Shown one piece after another: positions 1 to 12,831 of a stretch of 45,467 bases of DNA (the first letter of the stretch is position 1; every line of letters begins with the position of its first letter). The position numbers were made by a program, and so were the translations under genes. The notes below the pieces were generated by a model. The model worked only from the letters and a program-made list of their open reading frames with translations. It did no database searches and had not been told where the DNA came from. This DNA is from Octopus bimaculoides (taxonomy: Eukaryota), in assembly GCF_001194135.2 (NCBI RefSeq), contig NC_068985.1, positions 110,456,049-110,501,515 of the forward strand, read 5' to 3'.

Positions 1-139
1 ACACTTAAACACTCATATAAACTTCTCTACACTATGAGGAGTTTCAAAACCCACCATGTATCCAAAGAATGGAGAGAGAACAAGAGAGAAAATACAATTT
101 CAAAAATGCAGCAGAATATCTGATCTGTTGGGACATGTA

Positions 140-359
140 CTAAAGTTCTGTTGAACGTTTTTCCAGGAATTTATCACATATGTTTGATAATTCTAGCAAA
201 TATGCATGACAGGACTTTATCAAACATATCCTTTCCATGTCAGTTAGTTTATCATAGTAAGGTATCACTGTCATATAGAACAGAGAACAAATTTGTGCTA
301 GACATGTCTGATGGAATCTGTTATCCCCACATACTCTTATCATTAAAAAGAACATAATC
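140..359 (-). CDS. Candidate terminal exon of an unidentified gene (72 codons + TAG)
   Basis: Acceptor TTTGTGTCTTGATAG, open frame IMFFLMIRVCGDNRF...KFLEKRSTEL-stop in non-repeat DNA; no homology recognised. Confidence 0.3.
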
Positions 360-1394
360 CTATCAAGACACAAATGAGGGTGCATGTGATTGAATCTTTG
401 TATCACATAGCTCAGTGGTCAAGGTGTTGCACTCACGACCCCAAGATCATGGTTTCAATTCCTAGCTTAGGTGAGTAAAACACTCCATTTCATATTGCTC
501 TGTAATCACTTTGACATTTGACGTGTGGCACACCATTCATGATTTGACATTGCTTATCAAATTGACAGACAACATTGACTCAACGGAGTGAGTGAGCTGT
601 TGTACAACACAAACATTTGATCACTTTAAACAAATCATCTATGCAGATTTCTCAGTAAGAAGTTGTGGAATCCTCATTTGTTATTTACGACTGGTGAATC
701 TGCCATCATTGTCATAGAACATGTTTATGGTTTGGTTTATCAGGTACATCTCATATTGTATAATCATATCAAAGCACTATTGTCAGAGACAGAGGGTGGG
801 GCAGAAAACAAGAGGGACTTCTATCAGACATGTCATACAGAGTTTATTATACCAGTATACCACTGTAATACAGAGTAGCGATATCTTTTGTATATTACAA
901 TATGTGAAGATTAAAATAAAAAAATGTATTCTAGTAATAACAAGTTGTTATTGTTGTTTGTTCAAGTTTTGTGTTTGCTATTGAGCGAATGTGTGTCATT
1001 GCATCACCATTGTTTTAATGCCTACTTTTGCCATACTTGCATTTAGAAACATCCAAGCAACTCCCTTTACCCCTCAACGAGGAAACTCAACCTTCGGATT
1101 CTCAGTCTATTTACCCAGATAGCACAACCAGTTCCCCAGCATCCCAAACATAATTAAGCACCGCAACAATTTATTCCAACAAAGAAACCCGAACCATGTG
1201 CTTCCAACCAGTTTACTCAGGCAGCAACACCAACCTCCTAGCAATCCCAATATAATAATAATAATAATAATATAATACTGATTTAATTAATAACACTAAT
1301 AACTTTTACCAACCAAATTACAGTAAACATTTTTTAGACCGAGTGGAGAGAAACAGGGACACGTGTTGGAACAAAACTTACAGGAGAAACCCAA

Positions 1395-1463
1395 GTAATA
1401 AATTTATCAAAGAAAACTATCCCTGCAACAAAAATCAGTATAGTAGCTAAAGGACTAAAGCTT
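1395..1463 (+). pseudogene. Penelope-like element ORF N-terminal relic (VINLSKKTIPATKISIVAKGLKL)
   Basis: Resembles the V-x-N-L-S...L-x-KGL-x-F motif that precedes PLE RT domains; frame breaks down afterwards. Confidence 0.55.
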
Positions 1464-1919
1464 CTTTGCTACAATAACAACATATTCTTATTGATTTATA
1501 CTGCTAAAATTTATGTGAGTCCTTTCAGATGCAGGAAGCATGCTTTGTTTGGCTGCCAGAGTTTAAGAAATAATCAAATAGATTTTATTGAGAAATTTTC
1601 CTTTTGGGTCAATATTGCCTCTCAGGTTAAGTACTTCATTATTTTCCTTGGAAAGACATCAGCAGCAGTAGCAGTGTCATCGTCATCGTTGTCATTGTCT
1701 TAACATTCATTTTTCCATACAAGCATGGAAAAGTGGATGTTAAAACAATAAACAATGCCCTTCTTCTTGTCACCCTTTACCTGTTTCCAAGAAAGATAAT
1801 ATTTCCCCTTGACCAAGCATGTTTTTCACAGAACATTAAAAATGAACGACATTCAGTGAAGACAAGACACAAACACACACACACTTGCACATGCATGCAT
1901 GTATATATATATATATATA

Positions 1920-2160
1920 TTCGTGGGATTTTCGATCAGGATCGTTGCCAGTGCCCCTGGACTGGCTCTTGTGCGGGTGACACATGAAATGCACCATTTT
2001 GAGCGTGACCGTTGCCAGGGCCGCCTGGCTGGCCTTCGTGGGATTTTCGAGTGAGATCGTTGCCAGTGCCCCTGGACTGGCTTTTGTGCGGGTGGCACAT
2101 AAATTGCACCATTTTGAGCGTGGCCGTTGCCAGTACCGCCTGACTGGCCTTCGTGGGATT
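1920..2160 (+). repeat. 115-bp tandem repeat (2 full units plus a partial), derived from the RTE 3' UTR
   Basis: TTCGTGGGATTTT recurs at 1920, 2035 and 2150. Confidence 0.85.
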
Positions 2161-2395
2161 TTGGTGGCCAACCAAAACCTTGTGAGTAGATTTGGTAGAT
2201 GGAAACTGAAAGTTCATCATATGTACACACACACATATATACATACATACATACATACATACATACACATCTTTTTTCTTCTCCGGGACCATCAATACTA
2301 TTTCCATAGAGCAGACCAACTGGCTACCAGCTTCATTACATCATACAATATGGAACGACAGTAACAGTACCTCTGTAGTTTGTGGTACTCTAGAC

Positions 2396-2696
2396 CAGGG
2401 GTTTTCAAACTTTTTAACTTGCAGACCCCTTTATATTTCAGGCTTTACCTCAGGGACCCCCTTATAAACGCTTATGAAGTTTATACATAAATATTTGCTT
2501 AAAATAACATATATCTTTACATTTATTTATTTATTTAACAGTATTTAACAAATAGGTTTATTGTCAATTAAAAGATTTCGATTAAAAAACATATATAAAA
2601 TCAAATTGTCCCAAAAAAGTATTTGCTGTCCACGGACCCCGTGTCTTGTCCTTGCGGACCCCCTGTGGTCCACGGACCACAGTTTGAAAACCCCTG
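2396..2696 (-). mobile_element. hAT-Charlie-type MITE copy 1 (301 bp), orientation opposite to copies 2-4
   Basis: TIRs CAGGGGTTTTCAAAC; 8-bp TSD CTCTAGAC/CTCGAGAC. Confidence 0.9.
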
Positions 2697-4140
2697 CTCG
2701 AGACAACAGCACCTGTAGTATATGGTGTACTACACATGCATTGCCAAGACCTCTTCTCCTAATTACTAAGGAATATCAATGGAGACTGCAGCTGAATTGG
2801 CTTTATAAAAGAATTATTGATGAATATTAAAATAATTATCCTGAAAATATTCAAGCCAAAAACAAATAATGTGGATTAATGACAAGAGCAAACACATAAG
2901 GAAATTCGTCATCATAGCAGGATGCCAAAATATACATCCTGCAATGCCCACCCCACACAGTATACAATATTAATTTCAAATTTTGGCACAGGGCCAGAGG
3001 TTTCGGGGGGTGGGGGGATCACTTATATTGATCTCAGTGCTCGACTGATACTTATTTTATTGATCTGGAAAGGATGAACAGCAAAGTCCACCTTAGTGGA
3101 ATCTGAACTCAGTAATTAAGCTGGATAACACTGCTAAGCATTTACCTGGTGTGCTAATGATCCTGCCACCTTGCTGCATTATCAAAGTATACAATATTAT
3201 AGACTTGTTTCAGCCAGTCTTACCAATCAGTTACAAACTAGATGTTAGATAACCAAATATTAGATAACAGGGCAGTTATCTGAATACACATGCTCTTCGG
3301 GAGTGGCATACCTCATGTATATTTAAATAACTACCTTGTTATCTTGTATCTGGTTACCCAATGCTGTATACTTTGGTTAATATACCCACTCTATTCAATA
3401 AAACATGAATGCATTTTTTTTTCTGACTTAGTGATTCTTACTCTTTTACTTGTTTCTCTCATTTGACTGAGGCTATGCTGGAGCAAACTAATTGACTCCC
3501 AGGACTTATTCTTTGTAAGCCTAATACTTATTCTATTCGTCTCTTTTGCCGAACTACTAAGTTACAGGGACGTAAACACACCAGCAGTGGTTGTCAAACG
3601 ATGGTGTGGGGGGACAAACATAGACACACACACACACACACACACATGATGAGTTTCTTTCAGCTTCTGTCCACCAAATCCACTCAAGGCTTTGATCGGC
3701 CTGAGACTATAATAGAAGACACTTGCCCAAGGGTTCCATGCAGTGGGACTGAACCCAGAACCATGTGGTTGGGAAACAAGCTTCTTACCACACAGCCACT
3801 CATATATATGTATGCAGTTAAGTATATGTCCAGTCATAGAGTGACCAATGGTTTTGCATCCATAAAGTGCTTCGTTCTCTGGATGACTCATCAGATTCTA
3901 ATGGCAAAAGCCATATAGCTCTTCAAACTGCAGAGGCAGAAATCCATTACAGTCAGTTAGTCAGTGAATAAAGAATAAACAACCCAAGTTGGTGAAGATC
4001 GGTTATCTCACTTAGCTCAGTTAGTTGGCAGTTCATATGGGCTAAAATGGTGAACAGGGATCTCTGCTCTTCACCACAGCAATATTGCCAGACCCATGCT
4101 CCATAATAACAGCTCTAATAACAGCAGTGACATCAACAAC

Positions 4141-4302
4141 ATCTCTAGGCCTGGAGCCAATGGAAAATGCCCCAGAGATGTAAACACAACCAACACTTGA
4201 GTTCAAAAATGTCTTGGCTCAGCCAGAACTGCCTTCAAGCAATGCCTCTACAATCACAGGTCCTCTTTCAGGATTCTGGAAAGACAATTTGTCACATCTA
4301 TG
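4141..4302 (+). pseudogene. Penelope-like GIY-YIG endonuclease relic
   Basis: In-frame NGKC...*...KCLGSARTAFKQCLYNHRSSFR resembles the PLE YIG...TFKQR..NH.SSF motif; internal stop codon. Confidence 0.6.
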
Positions 4303-4899
4303 TGTGGCGCCTGAAAAACACATGTTGTTAAAGAATATAAATGTAAATAATCCTCTGTAATATAGGCACAAGGCCTGAAATACTTAATGAGTACTTGTTA
4401 TATTGGCCCTGAAAGGAAGAAAGGCAAAGTTAACCTCAGTAAAATTTGAACTCAGAACACAAAGACTGATGAAATGCTGTTAAGCATTCTGTCTGACATG
4501 CTGACAATTCTGCCAGCTCACCACCAATAATAATAAAAATGGTCTTTAATTGAGTATGTTGACTGCAGTGCTCACCTGGTATTTATTTTATTGAGCCAAA
4601 ATGGACAAAAAACAAAGTTGACCTCTGCAGAACCTAAACTCAGACAGACAAAATGCTGTTAAGTATTTTTGCTGAGGAAGGGCATCCAGCTATAGATCCC
4701 TTGCTAGATCAGATTGGAGCCTGGTTCAGCCTTCTGGCTTGCCAGCCTTCAGTCAAACTGTCCAACCCATGTCAGCAAGAAAGGTGGATGTTAAACGATG
4801 AGGATTTATAGATGTAAGTAATAAACAATTTGTAATAAAGTCATTGAAATTAATCATGACTCAAAATGATTTCGTTTTATCGATGAATAACCAAATTTG

Positions 4900-5320
4900 A
4901 TGAATGGCACCCGTGCCAGTGGAGTGCTATCAGCACTGTCCAAGCGTGATCATTGCCAGAGCAGCTGTCAGGCTTCCATGCTGGTGGCACGTAAATAGCA
5001 CCATTTGAGTGTGTTCGTTACCAGCGTCGCCTCAAGCGAGGTCGATGCCGGTGCCGCTGGACTGCCTCCTGTGCAGGTGGCACATAAAAACACCATTTGA
5101 GTGTGTCCGTTGCCAGTACCGCCTGACTGGCCCTCGTGCCGGTGGCATGTAAAAGCACCCACTACACTCTCGGAGTGGTTAGCATTAAAAAGGGCATCCA
5201 GCTGTAGAAACTCTGCCAGATCAGATTGGAGCCTGGTGCAGCCATTTGGTTCGCCAGTCCTCAGTCAAATCGTCCAACCCATGCCAGAATGGAAAGTGGA
5301 CGTTAAACAATGATGATGAT
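4900..5320 (+). mobile_element. RTE LINE 3' UTR copy; other copies near 4680-4800, 6650-6970, 40660-40990, 45130-45399 (+) and 11525-11880, 19800-20082, 28030-28560, 29570-29880, 39895-40090 (-)
   Basis: Shared blocks AAAAGCACCCACTACACTCT, AGGAAGGGCATCCAGCTGTAGAAACTCTGCC, CCAACCCATGCTAGCATGGAAA and a (GAT)n tail; contiguous with RTE ORF sequence in the 20333-21197 copy. Confidence 0.8.
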
Positions 5321-5578
5321 GATCCCAATATAAGAAGTGACCAGTAATAAATTTTACAATACAATTGTTTTTGTTTGTTTTTTATCATCCCACAGTGGGG
5401 CACCACCTTGAAGAGTTCAGGTGTGGCTGTATTCTAAGAAGTTTGCTGCCCAACTATATGGTTCTGAGTTCATTGATCCTGGGTAAGTGTGTTCTACTAC
5501 AGCTTCGGGCTGACCAAAGCTTTGTGAGTGGATTTGGTAGACGGAAGCTGAAAAGAAGCTCATCGAATTTATATATGC

Positions 5579-5615
<37 letters not shown>

Positions 5616-6596
5616 NNNNNNNNNNNNNNNNNNNNNNNNNNNNNNNNNNNNNNNNNNNNNNNNNNNNNNNNNNNNNNNNNNNNNNNNNNNNNNNNNNNNN
5701 NNNNNNNNNNNNNNNNNNNNNNNNNNNNNNNNNNNNNNNNNNNNNNNNNNNNNNNNNNNNNNNNNNNNNNNNNNNNNNNNNNNNNNNNNNNNNNNNNNNN
5801 NNNNNNNNNNNNNNNNNNNNNNNNNNNNNNNNNNNNNNNNNNNNNNNNNNNNNNNNNNNNNNNNNNNNNNNNNNNNNNNNNNNNNNNNNNNNNNNNNNNN
5901 NNNNNNNNNNNNNNNNNNNNNNNNNNNNNNNNNNNNNNNNNNNNNNNNNNNNNNNNNGGCTGTGTGGTAAGTAGCTTGCTTACCAACCACATGGTTCCTG
6001 TTTCAATCCCACTGTGTGCCACCTTGGGCAAGTGTCTTCTACTATAGCCTTGTGACGGAAACTGAAAGAAGCCCGTCGTATATAAGTATATGTATATATA
6101 TATGTATGTGTGTCTGTGTTTGTCCCTCCACCCGACCATCGCTTGACAACCGATGGTGGTGTGTTTACGTCCCCGTAACTTAGCGGTTCGGCAAAAAGAG
6201 ACCGATAGAATAAGTATTAGGCTTACAAAGAATAAGTCCTGGGATCGATTTGCTCAACTATAGGCGGTGCTCCAGCATGGCCGCAGTCAAATGACTGAAA
6301 CAAGTAAAAGAGTAAAGAGTATATATATATAGTTTTCATGCTTGGAATGTTGATTGCAAGAGACCTGCTTCTTCTTAAGGCCCGGTTTACCTGGTTCAGG
6401 TGTCAAAGACCACCATTCATAAATGTTGTGCCAACAAACTATCTCACCCACAGAATCCATCAAATTGTTTTACGCTTTTTAAACCCTTCCATCGTTATTC
6501 TCATTCACTCGTCATTACTTACTCTCTCTCTCTGTTTATCACTCTCTATATAGAGATAGATAGATACATATATTATATACATACATCTATATACAT

Positions 6597-6643
<47 letters not shown>

Positions 6644-7037
6644 CACACCAATGTCGCCTTCCTGGCACGTGAAAAAACATTCGAGGGAGTTCGTTGCCAG
6701 TGCCGATGGACTGTCTCCTGTGCAGGTGGTACGTAAAATACACCATTTTGAGCATGGCCGTTGCCAGTACCGCCTGACTGGCCTTCGTGCCGGTGGCACA
6801 TAAAAGCACCCACTACACTCTCTGAGTGGTTGGCGTTAGGAAGGGCATCCAGCTGTAGAAACTCTGCCAGATCAGATTGGAGCCTGGTGTAGCCATCTGG
6901 TTCACCAGTCCTCAGTCAAATCATCCAACCCATGCTAGCATGGAAAGCAGACGTTAAACGATGATGACACATATATACAACTATATATACACACACATAT
7001 ATATATACACACATATATATACACACACACACATGTG

Positions 7038-7079
<42 letters not shown>

Positions 7080-8110
7080 NNNNNNNNNNNNNNNNNNNNN
7101 NNNNNNNNNNNNNNNNNNNNNNNNNNNNNNNNNNNNNNNNNNNNNNNNNNNNNNNNNNNNNNNNNNNNNNNNNNNNNNNNNNNNNNNNNNNNNNNNNNNN
7201 NNNNNNNNNNNNNNNNNNNNNNNNNNNNNNNNNNNNNNNNNNNNNNNNNNNNNNNNNNNNNNNNNNNNNNNNNNNNNNNNNNNNNNNNNNNNNNNNNNNN
7301 NNNNNNNNNNNNNNNNNNNNNNNNNNNNNNNNNNNNNNNNNNNNNNNNNNNNNNNNNNNNNNNNNNNNNNNNNNNNNNNNNNNNNNNNNNNNNNNNNNNN
7401 NNNNNNNNNNNNNNNNNNNNNNNNNNNNNNNNNNNNNNNNNNNNNNNNNNNNNNNNNNNNNNNNNNNNNNNNNNNNNNNNNNNNNNNNNNNNNNNNNNNN
7501 NNNNNNNNNNNNNNNNNNNNNNNNNNNNNNNNNNNNNNNNNNNNNNNNNNNNNNNNNNNNNNNNNNNNNNNNNNNNNNNNNNNNNNNNNNNNNNNNNNNN
7601 NNNNNNNNNNNNNNNNNNNNNNNNNNNNNNNNNNNNNNNNNNNNNNNNNNNNNNNNNNNNNNNNNNNNNNNNNNNNNNNNNNNNNNNNNNNNNNNNNNNG
7701 GGGTCGATTCATTCGACTAGAAACCCTTCAAGACAGTGTCCCATGCTGGAGCACCGCCTTAAAAGAATTTCAGTCTAATGACTGAAACAAGTAAAAGGTA
7801 AATGTAGGTCTGCCTGAACAAGGCCAAACAACTGGAATTTGAATAAACTAGTGATGGTCTACAATGGCAAAAATTAGCTAATAAAAGTAGTGAAATAATT
7901 CATGAGTTGTGTGAAGAGTTCATTTCGAATAGAATACATGAGCTGAGGAACTTTTTACAACCTCATGAATATTCCTATATAAACAACCAAGTACAGCACT
8001 TAGGTTAAGCTTGCTTTGAGCTCTTTTGCTTTACAATGGCAGAAGACAGTTTGAGTTCAATCCCCTTGAAAGTTCGCTCTCGTATTAGTGAGTCTCCTCC
8101 TGCTGCCATC

Positions 8111-8171
8111 ATGGCTTCTCTTCCGCGAACCAGCCTTAATGACGATAAACCCAAAAGTCGTAAACCTAAAG
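8111..8171 (+). CDS. TMEM30A: CDC50A coding exon 1 ([20 protein letters not shown]), phase-1 donor AG|GTAAAT
   Basis: ATG in strong context (ATCATGG). SRKPK-D joins exon 2 to give the family-typical [14 protein letters not shown]. Confidence 0.88.
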
Positions 8172-10759
8172 GTAAATAATGTCGCCCTCTTATATTCCTG
8201 CCTACAAAAGCACATTTGAACATCATTAGCACTGTTTCATAACACATCATGCCTTCATCCAATTCGTCATAGAAGATATATATATATATATATATATATG
8301 AACACAACTCTGTTATGTTGTGTAGGCGGAAGTAGGGTGTTGGTTGTTTATGATATTTCTTTTCTTTTGACACACTGCAACATTGCTGTCCAGCTACTGT
8401 GTTTTAGATCAGGGGTTTTTAAACTGCGGTCCGCGGACCACAGGGTGTCCGCAAGGACAAGACACGGGGTCCGTGGACAGCAAATACTTTTTATGGGCAA
8501 TTTGATTTTATATATGTTTTTTAATCGAAATCTTTTAATTGACAATAAACCTATTTGTTAAATACTGTTAAATAAATAAATGTAAAAATATATGTTATTT
8601 TAAGCAAATATTTATGTATAAATTTCATAAGCCTTTATAAGGGGGTCGATCCCTAAGGTAAAGCCTGAAATATAAAGGGGTCCGCAAGCCAAAAAGTTTG
8701 AAAACCCCTGTTTTAGATAATATGGTCAAGGTTATATCAACTTATATCCACTATGTTAGCAGTTTGTATTCAGTACACACATATAAAAAAAAAAGGTAAA
8801 GTGTATTTAGGAAGCTGAGCTTCGTTTTAATGTCGCTAATGTTTTCCGGTCAAACTAAAAGGTTTGACCCGGTGGGAAATAAATAAAAAAAAAATTCTTA
8901 TAGGTGTAAAACAACTTGCTGCGAACGAATATGAAGAAAAAAATGCGCACTCACGAACGGGCGGTGCGGAGAGGCCTCGGAACATTCACATCGTCACACA
9001 CACTCAGACACACTCACATATTCGTTTCCAGCAAGTTATTTTACACCTATTAGAATATTTTATTTTTTTAATATTTCCTACCGGGTCAAACCCTTTAGTT
9101 TGACCTATTTTCCATCACCCTTGAGCAACGCACTCAAACTTTATTGACCTATTTTAATGACAGCAAATAAACACATTATTATTATTATTGTTGCTTTTGG
9201 TAGAAGGCACTTGCCGTTTTGTGTTTGTGGTGCACTTCAGTGTTGCACTTAAACTTCGTCCGGTTGTTTTTGTTATTGTTACGATGCAGTTCAGTGTTGA
9301 TTAAGTGGCCCCATCCCTTATACAATAACCACTTGTGTCTGTTTTTGCCACGGAGTTTTGGAATAGCCATCAGTACCTCACGAGGAATGAAAAGCGTAAG
9401 GAATTCTGGTGTTCCTCCATTATATTTCTAAAACATATTTCAGTGTTTCACAATAGTAATTATCAAATTGAAAGAAAAACAAAAACAGTAAATTTCAACT
9501 TTTAGCTCCGCTTTCCGTAGTTCCATGTTTTTCCCCGTTTTATGAGATAGTGGTAACTATTCCAGGACATGGCCCTTCATAGGGTAGGAGGAAGGCAAAG
9601 AATTCAGTAGCTTTTGTTTGTTTATAAAGTGTTCTCGTTTCATACAACGGGAATTACGATTCTGAAATAATTTTTCTCCGAAAATTTTAATTGTTTTTAC
9701 ATTTTTACACCCACCCCACTCAAATCAATTTCATATCATTTTACTTCCTCATGAGGTTGTGATAGCTTTTACAAAACTCTACTGTTTCTTTTGAGAAAGA
9801 AGGTATAAGTTGACAGAGATTTGGCTGCTATTTCTAGCTTCTCGAGTGACCACATATAAACAGACTGCTATTGGCCATTGCTGCTGCTCACTTTAAGTGC
9901 TGGACTGGACATGGATGTAGGCGAAATTAATGACTGTGATGTCATTATCTGGCATATGCTGGACAGTTTGACCGGAGCTGACCAGCCAGGGAGCCACACC
10001 AGGCGCCCGTTGTCTATTTTGGCACAGGTGCTTTTTCCGTGACAGGAGCGATGCATATAATCATTTAATGCCCGTTTTCCATGCTGGTATGGGTTGGATG
10101 GTTTGACAGGTGCTGGTAAGACTAAGGGCAACAAAAGGGGTTCATTGTTTATTCTGGCATGGTTTCTGTGGCTGGATGCTCTTCCTAATGCCAGTCACTT
10201 TACAGAGTGTACAGGGTGCTTTTCTTGTGGCACTAACACCAATGCTTTTAAAATCCTGGCATGGTCGGTTAAGAGCAAAACCAGTTGTCAACCTCTGTTT
10301 TTACTGGGTTTGGATTCTTCAAGAAATATCTATAATAATACTAGTGTTTTTCTCCGTCACAACATATTAATGACAGAGGAAAGGGTACTAGATGAATAAG
10401 GAAGAGAGAAGTGATGGCTAACTGGTAGTGGGACCATTTTGACTCTGTTTGAGTATGTGTGTGTGTGTGTGTGTATGTAAAAGTGAGGTGTGTGTGTGTG
10501 TGTGTGCAATGGAAGTGGGATGGGGTGAACATTCAATGTTGAAAAGAAAAATCAAACAGCGTTTCAATTCTGTGTGTGTACGTGTACAAGGGAAGTATGT
10601 GAATGTTTGTATGTGTAAACCAGTAACAAACGATGATCAATGTCACATCTCAAAAGACACTGCGTGGCACCTTGGGCAAGTGTCTTCTACTATAGCCTTG
10701 GGCTGACCAAAGCCTTGTGAGTGGATTTGGTAGACGGAAACTGAAAAAAGCCTGTCGTA

Positions 10760-10824
<65 letters not shown>

Positions 10825-12777
10825 TTGTCCCCCGCAACATTGCTTGACAACCGATGGTGGCGTGTTTAGGTCCCCGTAACTTAGCGTTTCGGCAATAGAG
10901 AACCGATAGAATAAGTACTAGGCTTCCAAAGAATAAGTCTTGGGGTCGATTTGCTCGACTAAAGGCGGTGCTCCAGCATGGCCACAGTCAAATGACTGAA
11001 ACAAGTAAAAGAGTAAGAGTATATAAAATACTACAATTAACCATCATTTTTTATGGCACGGGGCCAGCTGGTTTATAATAATTCTTTCTATTATTGGGAC
11101 AAAGCCAGTAATTTGGGGGTGGCGAGTCTTGTTGATTACTCTAACCTCAGTGCCCAACCGATATTGATTTTATTGACACTGAAAGGATGAAAGGCAAAGT
11201 TGACCTTAGCAGAATTTGAACAAGGAATTTTAAAACTGGATGAGATAATGCAGAGCATTTTGTCTGATGAGTTAATAATTCCACCAGCTTGCTACCTTAG
11301 AAGCATTTATAATGACTGTTTCTCTTATAGGTACAAGGCCTGAAATTGTTGGGGATGGGGCTAGTCAATTATACTGATCCCTGTGCCCAGCTGGTGCTTA
11401 TTTTATCGACCTTGAAAGAATGAATGGCAAAGTCAACCTCACAAAAAGAAACATTTACAACCGTGCTGTCAAAAATGATGGCTAGTTGTAGTATTTCATA
11501 TGTAAACAAGGACAAATGATAGAATCATCATCATTTAATGTCCACTTTCCATGCTAGCATGGGTTGGACGATTTGACTGAGGACTAGTGAACCAGATGGC
11601 TGCACCAGGCTCCAGTTTGATCTGGCAGAGTTTCTACAGCTGGATGCCCTTCCTAACACCAACCACTCCAAGAGTGTAGTGGGTGCTTTTACGTGCCACC
11701 GGCACGAAGGCCAGTCAGGTGGTACTGGCAACGGACACGCTCAAAATGGTGTATTTTACATGCCACCTGCACGGGAGCCCGTCCAGCGGTACTGGCAACG
11801 AACTCGCTTGAATGTCTTTTCACGTGCCACTGGCACAAGTGCCAGGAAGGCGACGCTGGGCACAGGTGCCATCACGATTTCCAGAAATAAAAAAAGGACA
11901 CTGCTTACATTATCATCATAACTTAGCAGTTCAGCAGAGAGACTGATAAAATAAGTACCAAGCTTAACAAAAAAGAAGTACTGGAGTCGATTTGTTCGAG
12001 TAAAAATTCTTCAAGGTTGTGCCCCAGCATGACCGCAGTCCAATGACTGAAATGAGTAAAAAATAAACGATGTAAGTTAAATTAGCACCCAAGCCCGAAT
12101 GGAAATGTGAATTTTAAAATGATGCAATCAATAGGCTTGTTTGTGTGAATATATTTACAAATAAACACAAACATACCTTTTCCTTTGAAGGTGTTTATTA
12201 TTTCCATAATCCATTTATTGAAACTTCTGTCCCACCTCTGAGGGAAACATATGCTACCAGTAACTATACTTTGCTATTGATTAACTTATCTCTTTTTCCT
12301 TTCTCTCTCCCAAGGTTCTATGATTGTCAGTACTTGACTCTATATGGGATTCGCTTTGTCTATTATCTCCACCTAGAAAGCCCCCATAAAAAGTCCTTAA
12401 TCTGTTTGATACCAACTCATTTCAGATTACCCTTGTTTCTAATACAAACTTCCTAATTTCAAATGATCTAAATTAAAACACTTTTATCAAAATTTTTTTT
12501 GTGTTTGTAGGTTACAAAAGCCAGCTTAATAATGACCTATTTTATTAGAATCTTCATTATTTTCAAAATTAATTTTAATGAAGGCATTTGCTTTTCATTA
12601 GAGACAGAGTAACAGAAGGATTAAAATGAAGTTATGGGCAAGGGGTAGGTGGAACCTGACACATATGTAGGAGGAGTATTTTCTCCTGGAACTGTCTCTG
12701 CAGTGGCCAGTCTTCTCATGTCTTGAGCACACTTGAACTTAACATGAGTGTGTTTGTGTATACGTATCTCTCTCTCC

Positions 12778-12831
<54 letters not shown>

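Noticed and set aside
1530-1626. AG...GT-bounded plus-strand exon-like segment
   Set aside because: No partner exons or recognisable protein.
3860-3905. Minus-strand CTGATGAGTC...ACGAAG hammerhead-like string
   Set aside because: GAAG instead of GAAA, and no stem I or stem III pairing.
5365-7778. Long ORFs with IYIYIY / X runs (also 12723-13362, 17447-17831, 33812-34305, 37353-38036)
   Set aside because: Open only because of (TA)n microsatellites and N gaps.
7847-8008. 53-codon stop-to-stop frame in phase with CDC50A, ending near a phase-1 GT
   Set aside because: No ATG, no convincing acceptor, no recognised homology; length plausible by chance.
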